In this document: in pieces, positions 1 through 9,517 of the stretch
Layout of the letters: each line of letters opens with the position of its first letter
Position numbering within the stretch: position 1 is the first letter of the stretch
NCBI GenBank assembly: GCA_046485285.1
Contig: JAWOHE010000014.1
Coordinates: forward strand, 1-26,529
Length of the DNA: 26,529 nucleotides
Source: a bacterium
GTDB taxonomy: Bacteria > Hydrothermota > Tepidihabitantia > Tepidihabitantales > Tepidihabitantaceae
Direction of reading: 5' to 3'
The notes under the pieces: generated by a model
What the model was told of the DNA's origin: nothing
The model's database searches: none
The model's input: the letters and a program-made list of their open reading frames with translations, nothing else
Position numbers and translations under genes: made by a program

Positions 1-3000
1 ATCGAGATGTTCGAGTACGCGGTCCTCGTCGTGTAGCCCGGCCCGACCCAGCCGTTGCCGCAGACCGAGAGCTGGCTGAACCGGCGGCCGTAGAAATAGA
101 ACGGCCCGAACGCGGTCGGGAGATTGAACTGGACCGTCTGGTCGTCCGAGGTGATGGCGAGCCGCGTGCCGACCCCGGCGATGTCCAGCCATTCGAACTC
201 CGGCGCCCGGGCATACCCCGAATCGCCGTTGTCGTAGGCCCAGTAGAGAATCGGGGTTGAGTTGTCGGGAATCGGGTCGACTGGCCGGACTTCACCAACC
301 TCAATCGTGAATGGGTGGCTGCTTTCGTAGCCGTTGTCGGCGAAGAGGTAGAGCGTGCAGGTGATCTGGGTTTCCTTTGGGATTGAGATGTCGGCGCGGG
401 CCGTGAAGCGGTCGGCAGCGTTTGCCGCAGAATCGCCGGCGAGCACCGTGCCCCAGGTTGCGGTCGAATCCGGGAAGGTCAGGCGCGAGTCACCCGAGGT
501 CAGCACGCCCCGGACGTTGTAGCCGTTGCCCAGCCCGGTGTTCCGGATGGTCACCTCAAGGTCGGCGGTCTCGCCCGGGTCGAGCACTCCCGACGGGTCG
601 AGCTCGTCGATCACTGTGAAGCGGCGGAATTGCAGGGCCGGCGCGCCGACGTACCAGGTTGCGTAGCTCACCCAGACCGAGTCGTTGGCGTCACGGCAGA
701 CAACCGAGCAGGGGATGGCGTGGCCGTTGGGCAGGCCGTTCGCGACTTCGATTTCCCAGGCATTGGCATCGTACGCGCTGTCTTCTCCTGCGATGTCCCC
801 GAAACTCGCGTCCGCGTCGGTGATGGTGATTCCCGGCGCGTGGGTGATCAGGCGGCCGGCGACGCTGTTCGCAGTCAGGCTTCCGTAGTTCTTGACCCAG
901 GCGCGAATGCGAGCTGTCTCGCCCGGGTTGATGATCCCGTCACCGTTGCCGCCGGTGGAGTCGGCGATCGTGCTCCTGAGGTAGGCGACGAATCGACCTG
1001 CGGCCATAACCGGGATCGAGTCAAGGTGGGGTTGGTTGTTGGCGCTGGTGACAGTGAGCTGAAGGTGGCCCGGGGTCAGCGGCGAGACTGTGAGCGTCAC
1101 CTGGCCTGACGCGTTGGTCCAGCCGCGGGCGAATGTCTCAGTGCCTTTGCGGAGGCAGACGAGTGCGCTCTCGACCGGAGCATCGGTTGGCGTTGTCACG
1201 GTGATCGCCACAGGAATTCCCGTGCCGATGTTGATGGCGCCGGGGCGAATCACGCTGGCGACGAAAATGTCCCCGGTCCAGATCGGGACCGCCGGCTCGC
1301 CGAACAGGTTACGCTCGAACGCCTCCATTCTCCATTTGGCCGAGTCATCGAGGCACCATACCCAGTAGTCCTTCCCCCACGAGACGATCTGGCCTGAGGT
1401 AACCTGGCGAGCGGAGCGGTAGCCGATTGCACCCCACATCATCGAGTAGTTAAAAAACTCGGCGACCCGGACCCAGCCCGACTTGTCGTTATGGGCCGCG
1501 CCGACGAAGCCGTTGGGAGCATGAAACACCTTATTCTCGGCGATGCAGTCGCCGTTTGTGCCTCCGAGATTCCACTCGCCGGTGTTGCAGCAGACGTAGG
1601 TCGAGAAGTTCATCCGGTTGGCGTTCGTCAACCCGGTCATCATTGTGCTGGTCACGCTGCCGCCGATGTCCATCACGTCGGGCGAGCCGTGGGCAATGAT
1701 GCCGGCAAGGGCGTAACCGGAATTCAGCGAGTCGCAGAATCGCTGGGGCGACGGGCTCACCATCCCGCCGGAGTAGTACATCTTGAGGTCGAACCAGGGC
1801 GGGCTTGGCGTGGCGTTGGCGATTGAGTCGTTAAACTCGTTCGAGAAGCTGACGCCGTTGGGCAGTAGCATCTTGGTGACCCAGCCCGGTGTCAGGTCGG
1901 ATTCGAACTCGTAGCGGAAGATCTTCCCGAGGTAGTTGGACAGTTCGGCACCGGTCGAGATGGTGATCATCCCGACATAGACGTCGGCATAGCCGTCGAC
2001 GTCGTCGGCAACCTCACCGAATACGTTGTTGTTATTGGCGTCCCAAGTGCCATCAAGGTCAGAGAAGTACATGTCCGACTTCATCGAGTAGCTGTAGGCT
2101 GAGACTTGACGGACCTGGTTGACACCTGCTGGATAGTCGTCGCGGGCGATGAACACGAAGACAGTGCCCCATGTCGTGTCGGCATCCTTGATGAAGTTGC
2201 GCATCTTCTCGGGGAGGTCGCGCCCGGGATAGACTGCGCCGATGCTCTCAAGACACATGACGCGCGAGCGCCAGCCTTGGCGTGAACGCCACTCAACAAG
2301 TCGGGCGAAAGAGTCGGCCCAGACCGTTGGAGTGATAATCGCGTGTTCGAACTCGCCTGCGGGCAGGAAGAACGAGCCGTTCGTCGAGGAGCGAGTGGCC
2401 GGGGCGCACTTGGCGACGTCACGCGGGTTAAGCACCAGCCGGCGCAGCCCTTCGGCGTGAACCTCGGTCTGGATTGGCGCTCGGCGCGGCATCGACCGCG
2501 CCCCACTCGCATAGTTGACGCGAACCCGGATCTTGGTGACGAGCGAGAGTTGTTTCGTCACCGGGTTGTAGCGTACCGGGTGGAGCGCGAAGCTGGCGAC
2601 CCTGAAACCGCCCTTGTTGTGTGTCCTACCGAAGACAGCGGGTTCTGCCGGCCAGACCGCGTCCCGCCCGTAGATCGCCGGGTCCGGCTCGATAAATGGC
2701 TGCTTGACCTGGTCGATTGAGTACGGCACCGGGTGCTGCACCGGCAGAAGCTCATGACGGCCGGCCAGCGGCGTTTCGACCAACTCCAGGATATCGATCC
2801 CCGTCGCTTCGGCGTCGGCCGGGATCACGACCGAGTAAGGAAGGGCAGGAAGGTCGGGTGTCCCAAGCGGGAAGGTGTGGGGCGCTCCGGGGAGCGTGAC
2901 GGTCCCGAAACCGTCCCGGGTGCCGAACACAACTGCTTCATGTGAGAACGTGAAGCTCTCGGTGATGCCGCCAGCGGCCGCCGAGGTCGCGAACAGCATC

Positions 3001-3026
3001 ACTACCAGCAGACTCAGTCTTCTCAT
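1..3026 (-). CDS. Gingipain-like C25 family cysteine peptidase (signal peptide, propeptide, catalytic domain, Ig-like repeats); 3' end runs off the window
   Basis: Hand translation from ATG 3026 (AAGGAGG RBS at ~3031-3037): MRRLSLLVVMLFATSAAAG..., propeptide-like FRVASFALHPVRYNPVT, C25-like SDMYFSDLDGTWDANNNNVFGE, His in IIAHGS (codon 1689-1691), Cys in YVCCNTG (1587-1592), NLFGEP, then duplicated NPGETA/DPGETA Ig-like modules. Not in the ORF track because there is no stop inside the window. Confidence 0.88.
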   Translation of the reverse strand, partial: MRRLSLLVVMLFATSAAAGGITESFTFSHEAVVFGTRDGFGTVTLPGAPHTFPLGTPDLPALPYSVVIPADAEATGIDILELVETPLAGRHELLPVQHPVPYSIDQVKQPFIEPDPAIYGRDAVWPAEPAVFGRTHNKGGFRVASFALHPVRYNPVTKQLSLVTKIRVRVNYASGARSMPRRAPIQTEVHAEGLRRLVLNPRDVAKCAPATRSSTNGSFFLPAGEFEHAIITPTVWADSFARLVEWRSRQGWRSRVMCLESIGAVYPGRDLPEKMRNFIKDADTTWGTVFVFIARDDYPAGVNQVRQVSAYSYSMKSDMYFSDLDGTWDANNNNVFGEVADDVDGYADVYVGMITISTGAELSNYLGKIFRYEFESDLTPGWVTKMLLPNGVSFSNEFNDSIANATPSPPWFDLKMYYSGGMVSPSPQRFCDSLNSGYALAGIIAHGSPDVMDIGGSVTSTMMTGLTNANRMNFSTYVCCNTGEWNLGGTNGDCIAENKVFHAPNGFVGAAHNDKSGWVRVAEFFNYSMMWGAIGYRSARQVTSGQIVSWGKDYWVWCLDDSAKWRMEAFERNLFGEPAVPIWTGDIFVASVIRPGAINIGTGIPVAITVTTPTDAPVESALVCLRKGTETFARGWTNASGQVTLTVSPLTPGHLQLTVTSANNQPHLDSIPVMAAGRFVAYLRSTIADSTGGNGDGIINPGETARIRAWVKNYGSLTANSVAGRLITHAPGITITDADASFGDIAGEDSAYDANAWEIEVANGLPNGHAIPCSVVCRDANDSVWVSYATWYVGAPALQFRRFTVIDELDPSGVLDPGETADLEVTIRNTGLGNGYNVRGVLTSGDSRLTFPDSTATWGTVLAGDSAANAADRFTARADISIPKETQITCTLYLFADNGYESSHPFTIEVGEVRPVDPIPDNSTPILYWAYDNGDSGYARAPEFEWLDIAGVGTRLAITSDDQTVQFNLPTAFGPFYFYGRRFSQLSVCGNGWVGPGYTTRTAYSNIS

Positions 3027-3178
3027 CTGGCCTCCTTGCCGGACGCAACCGCTCAGCCACGACTGCCTGCCGTGCCGTTGCGTCAGGCGTGAATTACTGC
3101 ACCTGTCTGACCGCAGGTTGTCTGCTCACGTCTGACCCGGAGCGGACAGAGCCGAGTCAATACGCAGACGATGCTACC

Positions 3179-3205
3179 ATTATACGCCCTCGTGTCTGGT
3201 GTCAA
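3179..3205 (-). promoter_or_regulatory. sigma70-type promoter for the C25 peptidase
   Basis: Minus-strand TTGACA (3205-3200), 15 bp, TATAAT (3184-3179); implies a ~145-nt 5' leader. Confidence 0.6.
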
Positions 3206-3276
3206 CTTGCCGCCTGGGCACTTCCCGCAGGTTGATACTGCTTCTGCTGTCTGTGAGGCCGCGCAAGTCCGGACCG

Positions 3277-5988
3277 TCAGTCGAGCTTGACGAGCTTCTG
3301 AACCCGGGAGGTGCCAGTGGAAAGCAGTGTGAGCCGGGCGAAGTAGAGCCCGGCGCTAAGCCGTTGTTTGCCTGCCTGCCAGGTAGCGGTGTGGCGGCCG
3401 GGCTGGTGGCTGTCGTGGGCAAGGGTCGCAACGGTCCGGCCGGTCGCGTCGTAGAGCTTGAGCTCGACCGGGCCGGCAACCGGGACTTCGTAGCTGAGTT
3501 GGAGACGCCGGCTGAACGGGTTAGGCCGGGGTGCGAACAGCCGCAGGAACCGTGGTGCGTCGGCGTCCTCGGCCACGCCGACGTCGACCGACTGGGTCAG
3601 TCGCATCATCCAGTCGTGCCGGTTCCAGAGCTGGAATGTGTCCTGGTTGGAGGAGAGGTAGGAGCGCAGGTGGAGCGGCGGGGTGTTGTCGGCACCTACC
3701 CCCATCGCCGCAGAGGCGTCGGTCCAGCGGCAGATGAGCCAGACGTCGTCGGCGCTGCGCAGGGTGATGTCAAGGTCGAATTCGATCCAGCCGGGTGCGA
3801 CCGGGGTCACCACGTTCTGGACGGCCTGGAGCACCGAGTTGGTGTCCGGCCGACCGGCGCCATCGTCCTTGCACACCATCACATACTCAAAAGGCTGGTT
3901 GGCCATGTTGACGTAGATGCGGCCGCCGCGGAGCGAGAGGGGCGGAGGGATCGTGGGTGTAAACCGGACGTAGAACTTGTCGTTCTCGCGCCGGCCGATC
4001 CAGTAGTAGGCATCCGGGACGCCGTCGTCGTAGATGATTTCCCAAGTGACTTCGAACTCGTTGACGATGGTGTCGTTGTCGGGGTAGAAGTCTTCTGGGC
4101 TGGCCGCGACCACGACCGCCTGGTGCGGACCGACGTCGGCCGGGGTGAAGCCCGGGAGGAGGACAGCCGCGCTGGACTCGGGCAGGAGTTGGGAGGTACT
4201 GAAGGCTTCTTCATACACGGTGGTGCCGGTCGAGTCACGGATGATGAGCCGGCCGTTGAGTGCGTCGGCGTAGGAGCCGTTGTTGCGGACCCGGACGCAC
4301 GGGATGAGCTGCTGGCCGACCGTGTTCTCGGCGAATGGCGGGCCAATATGCTCGGGCCGGCCGTCGTGGAAGCACTTGGCCTTGACGATGAGCGTGTCGT
4401 CGCCGGCGTAGCCGTCGCCGGGGCAGACGGTGTAGAACTCGCAGCGGTAGAGCTCGTAGGCTGTCGGAGTCCAGTCGCCGAAGGTGATCGGCTGGGTGAC
4501 GCCGGGCGCGAGATCGGCGATCCTAGTGCTGTCGAGATAGATGAGGCTGTCGGGCTCGGTGGTGATTCGGAGGAACGCAGTTAGGCTGGTGGTGACTTCG
4601 CCGTAGTTCGCGACGGTCGCGGCCGGAGTGATGTTCTGGCCGACTTGGATGTGCCGTCCGGGCGCGCTGGTTGCGTGCATACCGACGTTCAGCGACTCTG
4701 GCGCGCCGACGATGACCGCATAGACCTGGCCGCCGTTGCCCATGACCTGGGCGTGGACCGCCTTGCCGCCTGCGGCCGCGAAGACGCCATCGTCGGAGAT
4801 GTCGCAAGCGAACAGCGAGCCGGGTTCGTCGTCACGGGCGATACCGACGAGTGGGACGTTGCTCGCGCGATCGTGAACCGTGAAGACCTTGAAGGTTCCG
4901 CTCGTGGCGCGGTCGCCCCACGAGGCCGCGGCAATCCGGGAGCCGTCGCCGGAGAGCGCGACCGAGGCGACGTAGGCGCCCTGGCTACCGTAGCCCTCGT
5001 AGGTCCAGAGCGGGGTGGCTGAGCTGGAGTCGAAGACCGACAGCCTGCCGTCGTTGTAGCCGCTGCCGCAGGCGATGGTGGATCCGTCGCGAGAGATGCC
5101 GACCCCGGCGACCCAGGGCGTACCGGCCTGAGCACTCCAGCGCATCACGTAGACGGACCCATTCCAGCGCCAGAGGCGGGTCCGGCCGTGGTAGTCACCG
5201 GTGACAATGAGTTCTCCGTTGCCGGAGACCGCTGCTGCGTACTGGGTGCCGGAGTTGGAGGTGCCAATCGGGATGCCGCCTCGGCGCGCGCCGTTGTGGT
5301 AGACGAGGCAGGAATCGTAGACGGTTACCGCGACGACCGAGCCGTCGTCGGAGAGGTCGATGCCCTGGAGACGGGTCGGTTCCGGGAAGGGTGCGGTCCA
5401 GAGCGTTTCGCCGGTGACCGCGTCGAAGGCGTAGACGGTGCCGTTCTGGGCCGCGGCGGTGGTCGAGCCATCGTATGAGACCCGCGAGAACCCGCCGACG
5501 CTGACCGGGTAGGGGTGGAACCAGTCCGGGATGCCCGAGGTCCGGGACCACTTGTAGACACCGTCCGGGCTGGAGAGGGTCAGCACCCGGCCGTCGTGGG
5601 ACGCGCCGATCTGCTGGCCGCCGTAATTGTGAGAGTAGTTGCCGGGTGCGGTCCAGCGCGGGACGTTGCCGGCCAAGGTGCGGTAGTAGTCGGCCCGCTC
5701 CGCGTTCAGATACCAGTTGGCGAAGACGTGCATGCCGTCACCCGAAAGCGCGATCGACTGGCAAATGGCGGCGCGGTGCGCGCGGTCTACCCAGAGCACA
5801 CCGGTGTCGCCAAGTGCCGGCGAGCCGGCAGCCGGCGCCGGGAAGTGCTCGATCGTCGCGGTGCCGGTGTTGATGCGGAAGTAGACCTGTTCGGTGCCGT
5901 CGGTGCCGGTGACGACGACCGGCTCGATACCGACCGGGACCGCCGCGGCGACCGCGGCCAGCGTGAGCAGAACGATGCTATCTCGCAT
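3277..5988 (-). CDS. Secreted beta-propeller (WD40/PQQ-like) protein with CARDB-like Ig modules and C-terminal T9SS-like/FlgD-Ig domain
   Basis: ATG 5988 preceded by AAGGAGG (preferred to 6012); signal peptide MRDSIVLLTLAAVAAA; repeated LSGDG/ISRDG/LSDDG blades; C-terminus GVAE...PNPF...LYDATGRTVATL...GLYFARL...QKLVKLD. Confidence 0.8.
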   Translation of the reverse strand: MRDSIVLLTLAAVAAAVPVGIEPVVVTGTDGTEQVYFRINTGTATIEHFPAPAAGSPALGDTGVLWVDRAHRAAICQSIALSGDGMHVFANWYLNAERADYYRTLAGNVPRWTAPGNYSHNYGGQQIGASHDGRVLTLSSPDGVYKWSRTSGIPDWFHPYPVSVGGFSRVSYDGSTTAAAQNGTVYAFDAVTGETLWTAPFPEPTRLQGIDLSDDGSVVAVTVYDSCLVYHNGARRGGIPIGTSNSGTQYAAAVSGNGELIVTGDYHGRTRLWRWNGSVYVMRWSAQAGTPWVAGVGISRDGSTIACGSGYNDGRLSVFDSSSATPLWTYEGYGSQGAYVASVALSGDGSRIAAASWGDRATSGTFKVFTVHDRASNVPLVGIARDDEPGSLFACDISDDGVFAAAGGKAVHAQVMGNGGQVYAVIVGAPESLNVGMHATSAPGRHIQVGQNITPAATVANYGEVTTSLTAFLRITTEPDSLIYLDSTRIADLAPGVTQPITFGDWTPTAYELYRCEFYTVCPGDGYAGDDTLIVKAKCFHDGRPEHIGPPFAENTVGQQLIPCVRVRNNGSYADALNGRLIIRDSTGTTVYEEAFSTSQLLPESSAAVLLPGFTPADVGPHQAVVVAASPEDFYPDNDTIVNEFEVTWEIIYDDGVPDAYYWIGRRENDKFYVRFTPTIPPPLSLRGGRIYVNMANQPFEYVMVCKDDGAGRPDTNSVLQAVQNVVTPVAPGWIEFDLDITLRSADDVWLICRWTDASAAMGVGADNTPPLHLRSYLSSNQDTFQLWNRHDWMMRLTQSVDVGVAEDADAPRFLRLFAPRPNPFSRRLQLSYEVPVAGPVELKLYDATGRTVATLAHDSHQPGRHTATWQAGKQRLSAGLYFARLTLLSTGTSRVQKLVKLD

Positions 5989-6051
5989 TTCAGCCTCCTT
6001 GCCCGGTTCCACGCCGGGCAGTTTCTGCCCCGCGTCTGGCGCGGGGCGGTA

Positions 6052-6999
6052 TCAGGCCCCGGTCGACGGGCGACCGAGAAGGCGGGCGAGCAACGCCCGC
6101 TGAATGTGAAGCCTGTTCTCGGCCTGGTCGAGCACGATCGATTGCGGGCCGTCGATGACCTCAGCGGTGATTTCGTCACCTCGGTGCGCTGGCAGGCAGT
6201 GAAGGACCCTTGCGCTCGGATTAGCCTGCGCAAGCAGCTCGGCGTTCACTTGGTAGGGGCGAAATATCTTCGCCCGCTGCATGGCCTCGCCCTCCTGGCC
6301 CATTGAGGCCCAGACATCGGTGTACACGTAGTCTGCACCGGCGACCGCCTCGGCCGGTCCGCTGGTCAGGAACAGGGATGCGCCAGTTTCCTGCGCGAGG
6401 GTCCGTGCCCGTTCCACGACTGACACAGTTGGCTCGAAGCCCTTAGGAGTCGCGACCCGGCAATTGGCGCCGGTCATCGCGCAGCCGAGCATCAGGGAGT
6501 TACAGACGTTGTTGCCATCGCCAGTCCAGGCAACCGTGACGCCTTGGAGTCGACCGGAATGCTCACTGATAGTCAGCAGGTCGGCGAGCACTTGGCAGGG
6601 GTGAAACTCGTCTGAGAGCGCATTCACGACCGGGATGGTTGCGTGTTTGGCGAGCTCGACGATCTTGTTGTGTTCGAATACCCGGGCGATGATACAGTCG
6701 ACCCAACGAGAGAGATTACGGGCGACATCGGGAACGGTTTCGCGGATACCGAGTCCGATGTCGCTGGGGCCGAGATAGACCGCAGAACCACCAAGCTGGC
6801 GTATGGCGACCTCGAAAGTCACGCGCGTCCGCAGCGAGGGCTTCTCGAAAACAATGGCCGCCATGCGGCCTTCGGCAAGCGCGTTGCGCGGGTGCTGATG
6901 AAACGCGGCCTTCAGCTGGAGCGCGTAGTCGAGCAGGGCGCCCAGCTCATCACGGGTCATATCGGTCAAGGTAGTCAAGTCCTTCTTCATAGTATGCAC
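6052..6999 (-). CDS. argF: Ornithine carbamoyltransferase
   Basis: FEKPSLRT, HPCQ, GDGNNV, DVWASMG, HCLP, QAENR motifs; start may be ATG 6990. Confidence 0.95.
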   Translation of the reverse strand: MHTMKKDLTTLTDMTRDELGALLDYALQLKAAFHQHPRNALAEGRMAAIVFEKPSLRTRVTFEVAIRQLGGSAVYLGPSDIGLGIRETVPDVARNLSRWVDCIIARVFEHNKIVELAKHATIPVVNALSDEFHPCQVLADLLTISEHSGRLQGVTVAWTGDGNNVCNSLMLGCAMTGANCRVATPKGFEPTVSVVERARTLAQETGASLFLTSGPAEAVAGADYVYTDVWASMGQEGEAMQRAKIFRPYQVNAELLAQANPSARVLHCLPAHRGDEITAEVIDGPQSIVLDQAENRLHIQRALLARLLGRPSTGA

Positions 7000-7061
7000 T
7001 GGCTCAGTTTCCTGTCGTCGGAGATTTCTTCAGTCTATCTTGAACGAACGGTGTTGTGATC

Positions 7062-7343
7062 CTAATGCCCATTGGCGTTGCCGTCAGGAAGGTACAAGAT
7101 GATGTCTTCGAGCGGGACGGAACGCGCCGTGTGAAGGCGACGAACTCCAGTGTTTGCGCCGGCTGCATGCATGTCGCTGTTGACACGCCTTCGGCGCCTG
7201 CGATTGCGGAGCGCGACCGCTAACACCTTCTTGGTCCTGTACTGGCCAGCCATACAGCGATCAAGCTTGCCCGCGCTCCTTGCCGGGGTGAGGCCGGTAT
7301 CGCTACCGGTCCGTCCTTTGTCTTTGAGCGGTACTGCGTTCAT
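7062..7343 (-). CDS. Putative small Arg-rich ORF/leader peptide upstream of argF (alternative start 7253)
   Basis: ORF begins 13 nt after a predicted -10 box; contains RNRRRRRR; same strand as argF, ending ~62 nt before it. No recognised homology. Confidence 0.35.
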   Translation of the reverse strand: MNAVPLKDKGRTGSDTGLTPARSAGKLDRCMAGQYRTKKVLAVALRNRRRRRRVNSDMHAAGANTGVRRLHTARSVPLEDIILYLPDGNANGH

Positions 7344-7356
7344 GTAGCGGCAGGTA

Positions 7357-7384
7357 AGAATAGTCAGCGGTCAGTGGCAGTCAA
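7357..7384 (-). promoter_or_regulatory. sigma70-type promoter for uORF/argF
   Basis: TTGACT (7384-7379), 16 bp, TATTCT (7362-7357). Confidence 0.6.
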
Positions 7385-7411
7385 GGCAGCCGAGTCCGGG
7401 CGGAGTTCAGC

Positions 7412-7439
7412 TTGACATGCTGCAACGGGCGTTTAACTT
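7412..7439 (+). promoter_or_regulatory. Divergent sigma70-type promoter for the TPR gene
   Basis: TTGACA (7412-7417), 16 bp, TAACTT (7434-7439). Confidence 0.55.
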
Positions 7440-7496
7440 AGCTGCAGTGTTGTTACCTGCGCGCTTGTCCTTTGATCGCGGTTACCCGCGTCCATT

Positions 7497-9461
7497 TTGA
7501 TAGTCCTACTCACGGCCGCGATCGCGATCCTCGCGGCGGCTCTGGCGATCACCATCTTTGGCGGGCGCAGTACCCGTCGTCGGCTGCTGGAACTGGAATT
7601 GAGGGCTGCTCGTGGGGAGCGTCAGGCAGCAGGTGAGTTTCTCGATCGACTCCGTCCGCTGCGGCGTTGCGTCGAGGTCCTCTATCTGAGTGGTCTCCCC
7701 GTAACCCGGTCACGCCTTGTCTTTCATGCTTTTGCCGAAGGTGTCAAGCAGGTGACTCGCAACCGGCTGGACCTTGCTGTCGATACTTGGCAGGGAGCGC
7801 TTGGACACAGTCGCGGTAGCGAGAAGGTTGCCCTGCAGTTCCTCGTCGGAGCTTGTCTCTTTGCTTCAGAGCGTAGGTCCGAAGCAAGAGCCGCACTTGA
7901 CGCCGCGCTGGTCACTGCTCGCAAGGCGCGCGACCGGTATGGAATCACGACGACGCTCTATTCCCAAGGGATGCTGGCGCGTGCGGACGGGCGGTGTGCA
8001 GAGGCCTTGGCCGATTTCGACCTTGCCGCCCGGCTGTGGGGGGAGTTGGACGAACTTCGCGAGCAGTCCAGGGCATTGGCAAGGGCGGCCGAGATGCTGG
8101 AGAATCAGGGCAATGTGGAGAAGGCGTTGGCACGGCATCGCGATGTCCTCCGGCTGAGCGAGCAGTCGGGCGACGCCGTTCGTGCTGTTCAGGCATTCAT
8201 CTCGACCGGCAAGATACTGGCGGGGCAGGGCAATCTCGATGCTGCGCGTGGGACATTCGAGAATGGGCTTGCGCTGGCCCGCAGAGCTGGCGACCGTCCC
8301 GGCGAGGTTGAACTTCTGGCGCTTGGCGGCGGGCTGTGTCTGCGCCAGCGAGACTACAAGCGAGGCCTCGAGCTGTTTGAGCGGGCGCTTCGTCATCACG
8401 GCGACAGCAGAACTCGTGCGTCAGAGGCCGGCATACTCGCCGGTCTTGCCCAGGCGTCCGAGGGGCTTGGACGGGCCGATGTAGCCGGGGAGTACTACGA
8501 GCGGGCGCTCGAGAGGGCGGGGGAGGAAGGCGAGCGGGCATTGCAGGCGGTCTGCCTGGTCGGTCTGGCTGCGGCCGCTCAGCGTCACGGCGCGCTGGAG
8601 AAGGCCCATTCACTACTGGACCAAGCTGTGGAACTGGACCGGTCGAGCGCTAGCGAGGTCCAGCTGGGACGTCATCTCATCCAGCGCGCGGTACTGGCCG
8701 TCGAAATGCACGACCCGGCCGGGGCAGCACGGGACGTCGACGAGGCATTCCGCCTTGCAGAGAGGACCGACTGCGCTGAACTCCAGTTGCGCTCGTCGGT
8801 TGTTGAGATTCGGATGTTGGCTGAGGATGGCCGCCTCTCGGAAGCTCGGGAGAAACTCCGGCTATTGGCCGACGCGGCCGGCGCGGTTCGTGAGCCCGAG
8901 CTGTCGGCTGACTACCGTTTCGAGGCCGGTCATATCGCCCGCGCTTCCGGCGACAAGGCGCAGGCTCTTGATGACTGGCGGGCAGCGGTAGAGGAGTATG
9001 GTCAAGCTGGTTTGATGGATTCTCAAGCGCGTGCCCGGATGTTCCTCGCCGAGGCATTGGCTGAGGCCGGTAATCTCGAAGAGGCCGGCGCGGCGGCGGA
9101 GGAAGCCCTCATGATGATTCACCGTTCCGGGACCCGCAAGGATGAGATCCGGGCGTTGAGGGCGGTCGCCTTCGTGGAGGCGCGGGGCAACCGGACCCGC
9201 GATGCCCACCGTACGCTCGACCGGGCGATCGCGATGGCACGCGAGACTCGGGACCGATGGAGTGAAGCGGGATCACTGCTTGCGCTGGGGAGGCTAGCGC
9301 GTGAGGTCGGCGTACTCGATCCTGCTCGAGACAACCTGGTGGCGGCGCGGCGGCTCTTCGGTGATCTGGGCGCAGCGGTACGCGTGATCGAGATTGACCG
9401 GGAAATTGAACAACTGCCCGCCCCGGACACCGGTGTGAGCTTCGTTGACCGTGATCACTGA
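7497..9461 (+). CDS. Tetratricopeptide-repeat protein with N-terminal membrane anchor
   Basis: 654 aa, TTG start, hydrophobic N-terminus, many ~40-aa TPR-like repeats (e.g. GKILAGQGNLDAARGTFENGLALARRAGDR). Confidence 0.8.
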   Translation: MIVLLTAAIAILAAALAITIFGGRSTRRRLLELELRAARGERQAAGEFLDRLRPLRRCVEVLYLSGLPVTRSRLVFHAFAEGVKQVTRNRLDLAVDTWQGALGHSRGSEKVALQFLVGACLFASERRSEARAALDAALVTARKARDRYGITTTLYSQGMLARADGRCAEALADFDLAARLWGELDELREQSRALARAAEMLENQGNVEKALARHRDVLRLSEQSGDAVRAVQAFISTGKILAGQGNLDAARGTFENGLALARRAGDRPGEVELLALGGGLCLRQRDYKRGLELFERALRHHGDSRTRASEAGILAGLAQASEGLGRADVAGEYYERALERAGEEGERALQAVCLVGLAAAAQRHGALEKAHSLLDQAVELDRSSASEVQLGRHLIQRAVLAVEMHDPAGAARDVDEAFRLAERTDCAELQLRSSVVEIRMLAEDGRLSEAREKLRLLADAAGAVREPELSADYRFEAGHIARASGDKAQALDDWRAAVEEYGQAGLMDSQARARMFLAEALAEAGNLEEAGAAAEEALMMIHRSGTRKDEIRALRAVAFVEARGNRTRDAHRTLDRAIAMARETRDRWSEAGSLLALGRLAREVGVLDPARDNLVAARRLFGDLGAAVRVIEIDREIEQLPAPDTGVSFVDRDH

Positions 9462-9475
9462 AGCCGGTCCCTCAG

Positions 9476-9503
9476 TTGACGGGCTGGCACGGGCAGCTAC
9501 AAT
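9476..9503 (+). promoter_or_regulatory. tRNA promoter
   Basis: TTGACG (9476-9481), 16 bp, TACAAT (9498-9503), 14 nt before the tRNA. Confidence 0.7.
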
Positions 9504-9517
9504 TGTATCCGCCTGTG

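Noticed and set aside
3199..4584. 461-aa plus-strand ORF and other long antisense ORFs (18421-19803, 19169-20536, 24790-25605 etc.)
   Set aside because: Shadows of well-supported opposite-strand genes in GC-rich DNA; no recognisable motifs
6826..6850. SLRT instead of STRT in ArgF, suggesting N-acetyl/succinyl-ornithine transcarbamylase
   Set aside because: The canonical DxxxSMG ornithine loop and HCLP are present
6985..7000. TGCAT-ACT-ATGAA resembling an ARG box
   Set aside because: Central spacer is 3 nt rather than 4, single copy, and overlaps the start codon
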